Positions 58,113-64,000 of a stretch of 64,000 nucleotides of DNA are shown here, piece by piece. Within the stretch, counting starts at the first letter, position 1. Every line of letters begins with the position of its first letter. The stretch comes from Paraspadella gotoi (taxonomy: Eukaryota; Animalia; Chaetognatha): positions 6,081,525 to 6,145,524 of the forward strand of contig CM119268.1 of NCBI GenBank assembly GCA_051294375.1, given 5' to 3'. The position numbers and the translations under genes are program-made. The notes beneath the pieces were generated by a model. That model worked only from the letters and a program-made list of their open reading frames with translations, was not told the DNA's origin and searched no databases.

Positions 58113-61100
58113 GTTATTGTTATTATTATTGTTGTTGTTGTTGTTTTTATTGTGGTTAATGTAGTCGTTGTTGTTACTGTTGGTCATGTTTTTGTTGTTA
58201 TTGCTGTTGTTGTGTTCCTTTTCACTTGTCGTTCATATTGTTACTTTTGTTATTTTTACGACAGATGATAATGTTGTTTTAGTTGTTATTCTTTTTTCTG
58301 TTGTTTTGGTTGTTATGGTTGTTATCTTTTTGTCCTCCTGGTTATTTTTGTTGTTGTTGATGATGATGTTGTTATTTTACTTATTGTTGTGGTCGGAGTC
58401 GGAGTCGACCTAATTCTCAATTTTTCCTTTTTTTTTTCTCCCAGAGATTTTTCTTCATGGAAAAAAGGCGACCTCTTTAAACAGATTTCCCCTCAGCCTG
58501 CAACTCCTTGCAAATCGCCGCCCAAGACGCCCCTCGAATCCAGATACCAATCAAAGTGACTGATTGATTTATTGCCAGATTGATTGGTTGATTACTCGAT
58601 TGAATGATTGAGTAATTGCCAGATTGATTTATTTCCCGAATGATTAATTTATTGTTCAATTGATTGCCTGATTGATTGATTGCAAGACCGACTAATTGCC
58701 CGATTTATTGATTTAGTGATTGATTGAATGATTGATTAATTGCCAGATTGATTTATTGTCCGAATGATTGATTTATTTATTGCCTAAATGATTGATTGAT
58801 TGATTGATATATTGCCTGAATGATTGATTAATTGCCAGATTGATTTATTGTCCGAATGATTGATTTATTTATTGCCTAAATGATTGATTGATTGATTGAT
58901 ATATTGCCTTAATGATTTATTTATTTATTTATTTATTGCTCGAATGATTGATTAATTTTCAGATTGGTTTATTGCCGAGTGATTGATTGATTTATTCATT
59001 TCCCAAATCATTGTTTGATTGATTGATCGATCGCCCCCCCTCTCTCCAGACACTCCCTTCAATCAGAACCTCCCGCCATTCTGATCTCTCGTCCTCCGTC
59101 AGAAGTTTTCGACGACGAAGTCAACCCTTCCATCGCTTAAGGCGGAGGGCAGGTCTCCTGCTGCTCGTCTCTCTCTCGTCTCTCTCTTCCTCCCTGCATG
59201 CTCTCGTCTTCTTCTCTCATATCTCTCTCGTGCGGTATCTTCTGCCAGGTCGAGTACATACTGGGTCTCGTGGCTGTCGTTTGATGCCGCGCCTACGTCT
59301 TTTCTGTCCTCTTGTAATGGTCGTATGTCCTCATCTCGGGCGGTGCAGGGGGAGGGCCGCTGGAATGCCACATGGGAGTGAGCTCATTGCGTACGTGCGC
59401 GCAGTCGGCCTTGTGGCGAGTAAACCAGGGGGAGAATGGCATCGGTAGCGGAATAGCAAGAACTAGACTAGACAGCCGCTCGGAAGAAGATCCATTAATA
59501 CAGGAGCCACCTCGCAGACAGAGAGCCAGCCCCCTCCCGCCCACGTGCCCAGCCACCGACCGGCCCGCATGGCAGACCGCCACAGAGCCTGACACGTATG
59601 CTGGCATGCGCCGACGAGCAGAGAACGAAGAGAGCAGAGAGGAGTTCAGGGCAGAGAAGAGAGTCGAGGAGAGTACCGACCGATCAAGTTTGGCAGAGAG
59701 AGCAGTAGTAGAGAAGCAGGAGAGGAGAGAGAGAGAATCCTGCGCGTGCCGTGCGTTAGATACGAGGAGTCGGAGAGGGTTATAAAACTTCGTGTCGTCG
59801 AAGAACTAATCGCGTAATCGTTCTGGTAGCCGGTAAGGGACGAGTAGGACTAACAAGAATGGCGGGAGTCTTGAACGCGTCTTGATAGTTGTGAGTGCGG
59901 CGTCGCTGCTGAGCGGAAGGACGGAGGGCGGAAGAGCGTAATTTCGCGATCCAATTCAACCGAACTCTCAAGCAGAGATGAGGTTCAATAGGAAAGAAAA
60001 GTGGAGTGGAGAGAACGTTGCGCGAATGTCAGTGCCACAGAGAAGGATGGAGGGACAGACAAGTCTGAAAAGTTAATCAATCATTCGAGCAATAAATACG
60101 AGTAAATAAATAAATAATTACGGCAATATATCAATCAATCAAATCAATCATTTAGGTCAATAAATAAATCAAATCATTCCGACAATAAATGCAATGCTGG
60201 CAATTAAGTCATGGCATTACGCATTGGAAGAATAAATGACTGTGCCATGATTACATGTTTGTTATATTTTTAGACGTGATAAACAAATTAAAATAATAAA
60301 TAAATAATATAATAGGGATACATATATGTATATTGATATTTAAGCCCAGGTCCCACGGACCGCTCATTCTCACAATGATAGATAGACTGCTTAGACGATT
60401 GATTTGATTGATTGATATGATTGACTGTTGGCCTAACTTTAATCAACAGGCCAAGTTGCGCCCTCGCCTGGATTCTCATCATGGCCAAGATTTTCCTTCC
60501 ACCTTCATCGATGGGCCTGACGATGGGAGCGCTTTCACTGAGATCAATCGCCGATCGGTTAAACTCGAGCTATCAATCAATCAATCAATTACGTTATCAA
60601 GCAATTTGATTTCCCAATCGATCAACCACCGACGAGTCTATTGACATCAATTTGATCAATCAATCAGTCAACAGTTATTTAATTTATCATTTATCAATCA
60701 TTTCGATCGTCATTCAATAAATCCTTTTAGTCTATAAATTAGACGGTTAAGTTGATCAATCCATCAATTGGTCGGTCATTCGGTCTAATAAGCGATCGAT
60801 CAATCCATTAATCAGTCAATCATTCACTCCAACAACCAATCAACTAAGCAATAGGATAAGCAATCAATCGATCATTTCACTCCAACAACCAATAAACCAA
60901 GAAATGGATCAAGCCATCAATCATTTCAATCCAACAACCAATCAACCAAGCAAAAGAACAAGCAATCAATCATTTCGTTCCCACAATCAATCGATGGATC
61001 AAGCAATCAATCATTTCACTACAACAACCAATCAACAAAGCAAAGGATCAAGCCATCAATCAATCAATCATTTCATTCCAACAACCAATCAATCAATGGG

Positions 61101-61688
61101 TCAAGCAATCAATCCTTCTTCCCCCCCATTAAGGCATCAAGATCGGCATCGCCATCATTTGCGAAGAGTACCCTCACGAACTCGGGGATATCGCAGTTCT
61201 GCTCAATTCCGGAATGAGTTTCAAACGCGCGTTGCTTTGGAACTTCATCGCCGCCTCTGCCGTCTTTCCGGGGGTCTACGTAGGTGGGTCGTTGTGCTCC
61301 CATTTCTCTTTCGCATTCCTTCTCAAAAAGTCTCTCTCTCTATCCTGCTCCCATTTCTCTTTCGCATTCCTTCTCAAAACGTCTCTCTCTCTATCCCGCT
61401 CCCATTTCTCTTATCTCCATATCTCACCTTCCCTTCCTCCCTCCCTCTTCCCCCCAGGCATAGCGGCTGGCGAATCATCCGATGCCAATCCATGGATTTT
61501 CGCTGTAGCGGCGGGCATGTTCGTCTACATCAGCTTTGTTGACATGGTGCCCGAAGTGGCGGCCTTGCGCGACGAGCTCATGGACAACGGAATTGGTTAC
61601 TGGTGGGTGCTGCTCATACAACATCTCGGATTGCTGTCGGGATTCACACTTATGTTCACCATGGCGCTATTCGGGGATCAAATCGTGG

Positions 61689-61693
<5 letters not shown>
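56304..61693 (+). CDS. SLC39A14: LIV-1 subfamily ZIP metal transporter, ZIP8/ZIP14-like
   Basis: Exons 56304-56709, 56808-56934, 57102-57194, 57692-~57862, ~58446-58556, ~60450-60557 (frameshifted by indels), 61134-61283, 61458-61693. Motifs: GLACGTLGAGGILHLMP, AWILIM..TFIDG, CEEYPHELGDIAVLLNSGMS (E in place of the first H, as in ZIP8/14), WIFAVAAGMFVYISFVDMVPE. Loop exons are uncertain; the symbol marks the subfamily. Confidence 0.9.
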
Positions 61694-61730
<37 letters not shown>

Positions 61731-61811
61731 GCATATTGTAATTTTACTCTCCGTGTAAAATATTAGTTGTAAATCGTAGAAAAAATGCACATAATGCTGC
61801 TTTGTTCGGAA

Positions 61812-61824
61812 AATAAACAATAAA
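61812..61824 (+). promoter_or_regulatory. Tandem AATAAA polyadenylation signals of the ZIP gene
   Basis: AATAAACAATAAA about 120 nt after the stop codon. Confidence 0.5.
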
Positions 61825-62197
61825 ACATTATTTCCATCATATTTGTCTCATTTGTTTCGGAATTATCCAATTGATTAGTACATACTAAAAAAAATCATTA
61901 TTAATCGGTCATAATTTTTTTTTAAATAATTAAGCGTTAAACATAAAAATCGCTATTTTGTTTCCTTTTTTCCTTCGCGCGACGTTTCTACTTCCGGTCA
62001 CCAGATGCTGCCGCTGTGAGTCGTAGGCTGCGTCGGGCTGCGGATCCTGAGTTCCGTCGCCCTCCTGCACCGTCTGCTGCAACTCCTAATGCAGAGAATG
62101 CGGCGGAGAGTGCTGCAGCGTGAAGATGACGAAAGTGATGACGTCACGACTCGTCAAACGAGAGAAGATTTTGTTTCCGGTCAAGCGGAAATGGAAA

Positions 62198-62269
<72 letters not shown>

Positions 62270-62372
62270 TTTTTCGTTTGCGTCTTAGTAAAAATTGTCT
62301 GATTCGCTTTTTACATAACTAGGCGTCAATCTTTTTAACATGATGCCTTCTTATTCTTATTAAAATAGACTT

Positions 62373-62445
<73 letters not shown>

Positions 62446-63798
62446 TACACCCTCTCTCGTTCCCTATTTACATTTTCACCTCTCACTCCCTCATCTCTCC
62501 GCGTCCATCTTATTTTCACAAATGTGGGGGCGGATGTGAGTTTCACTCTCACCGATCGTGACTCTCACAACGTCACTATCTCCTCCTCCTCCTCTTCTTC
62601 TTTCTCTTTTCTCGTCTCTTCTTTTCTACTAAAAAAAATTAATTAAAATCAAAGAATCAAAGTTTAAATGTTAGTTTCATTTGTGCTAAACTAAACAATG
62701 AGGCCTCGGAGATGAATTTCTTGACAGGCCGTTGTCAAGGCCGGTCTCATTCCTCCTTCTCCTCCTCTTCCTCTCCTCCTCCTCCTCCACCTCCTGCATC
62801 AATGGTCTGGCAGCGTTTTCTTGCTGCCTCCACTCTCGACACAGACGACGAACGACGACGACGACGACGACGACGACGGCCATATTGAGCCACGAAGGCA
62901 AATTTCATTTTCATGGAATTTTTTTCCCTTTTTTCTCCGCCGCCGTAGACAACGATGACCCAAAAAAAAAAGCGGATCCGATTCCATTCTTGGTTCTGAT
63001 TCCATCTGATGATTGTTAACGACTTTAAAAAAAGATTCCGATTTTAGTTAACAAAAAAAAATGGAGGAAAGACTAAGAGATTCCTATCACAACCTGGACG
63101 GTCGTTTTGTTGTCGTCAATAAGCATACGACGACAACAACAACGACAACCGAGATTTAAAAACAACAAATTATTCCGTCTTAATTCTTAATACTAAGAAA
63201 TTTTTAGACAAAATTGGTTCCCAGGGAATTCTTTTCTATTATTTTACAAATATTTTATCACATTTCCTTTTCAGATAATGACGCGATATGCAGACCATTA
63301 GTAAAAAACTTGAATTATTTAGCCACTCATATAACCGTATTCAACTATAGAATAAAAAACAGTAGAACAATAAAAACGACACCATTTGCTTGCCCGACCC
63401 CGAAGAAAAACGCCCAACGCCGGTTTAAACTACAATTATTTCCATTAGATCTGGTCAGTCTTTTGTATATGGTAACAACATATACTAGTATATATATTTT
63501 AGCTAATAAGTATGTATCATATATTATATAAAATGTATCTTTAAATAATGCGTTTTTTCATATAAAGAATGCTCCTTTGATATTTATTTATTATTTATTA
63601 TTTATTTTAGATATTTTCTATTTATATATAGTCGTTTATTCATCTTAATTTATTCAATTATGTATCTATTTATTTTTTTTAGTTATAATTAAGAACAAAA
63701 AAATCATTTATTTCATTATTATTTATATAAATTTATTATTTTAAACAATTTTTTTTCGCTTAAAGGAGCAACGTGCGTCTCCTATCCAAGGGTAAAAG

Positions 63799-63903
63799 AT
63801 GTCCGAGGCTCAACCAGCGGCTAATGGAGAAGGAGAAAATGGAGCGCCGGCCGGACCGCAGCCTGCACAACAGTCCAAGCGCCTCCAACAAACCCAAGCA
63901 CAG
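63799..63903 (+). CDS. Syb: Synaptobrevin/VAMP1-3 family R-SNARE, first coding exon (gene runs off the window)
   Basis: MSEAQPAANGEGENGAPAGPQPAQQSKRLQQTQAQ followed by donor CAG|GTTAGG; RLQQTQAQ is the synaptobrevin SNARE-motif start. Absent from the ORF track because it is short. Confidence 0.9.
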
Positions 63904-64000
63904 GTTAGGAGAGTGAACCAAGAACAGGCCAGGGAGAGAATATGGCAGTGAACCAAGCAGAGGTAAGGGAAAAGAATAGGGGAGTGAACCAAGAATAGGT

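Noticed and set aside
59023-59971. GC-balanced ORFs inside the ZIP gene
   Set aside because: They lie in garbled sequence at a fold-back centre; likely low-quality read sequence.
62698-62900. Signal-peptide-like frame SRPVSFLLLLLFLSS
   Set aside because: No in-frame ATG and low complexity; may simply be 5' UTR or intron of the synaptobrevin gene.

Overview
Eukaryotic (metazoan-like) genomic DNA: AT-rich, dense in (AG)n/(GAC)n/(GAAA)n microsatellites, with many N gaps. Three spliced genes can be rebuilt by hand with GT-AG introns: (1) a 15-exon PCTAIRE-type CDK (CDK16/17/18 family) on the minus strand, 382-32808, about 942 aa, with a very long low-complexity N-terminus; (2) a ZIP8/ZIP14-like (SLC39A) metal transporter on the plus strand, 56304-61693; (3) the first coding exon of a synaptobrevin/VAMP at 63799-63903. 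Two decayed membrane-protein ORFs, possibly XK-related, lie at 46.1-49.4 kb. The most interesting signal is a near-complete miniature LTR element (TRIM, 47960-48565) with 235-bp LTRs, a PBS-like site, a PPT and a probable CCTT target duplication. Three divergent solo-LTR-like relatives lie at 4459, 14461 and 47196. These LTRs carry a structured motif resembling a circularly permuted twister ribozyme with a palindromic P1, so this is a candidate twister-bearing LTR retrozyme; that reading is inference from hand folding. Several introns begin with tandem copies of their own exon end plus donor site, including an in-frame 54-bp array just before the kinase HRD motif. Large indel-rich fold-back and direct duplications next to 25-N gaps look like long-read gap-filling artefacts.
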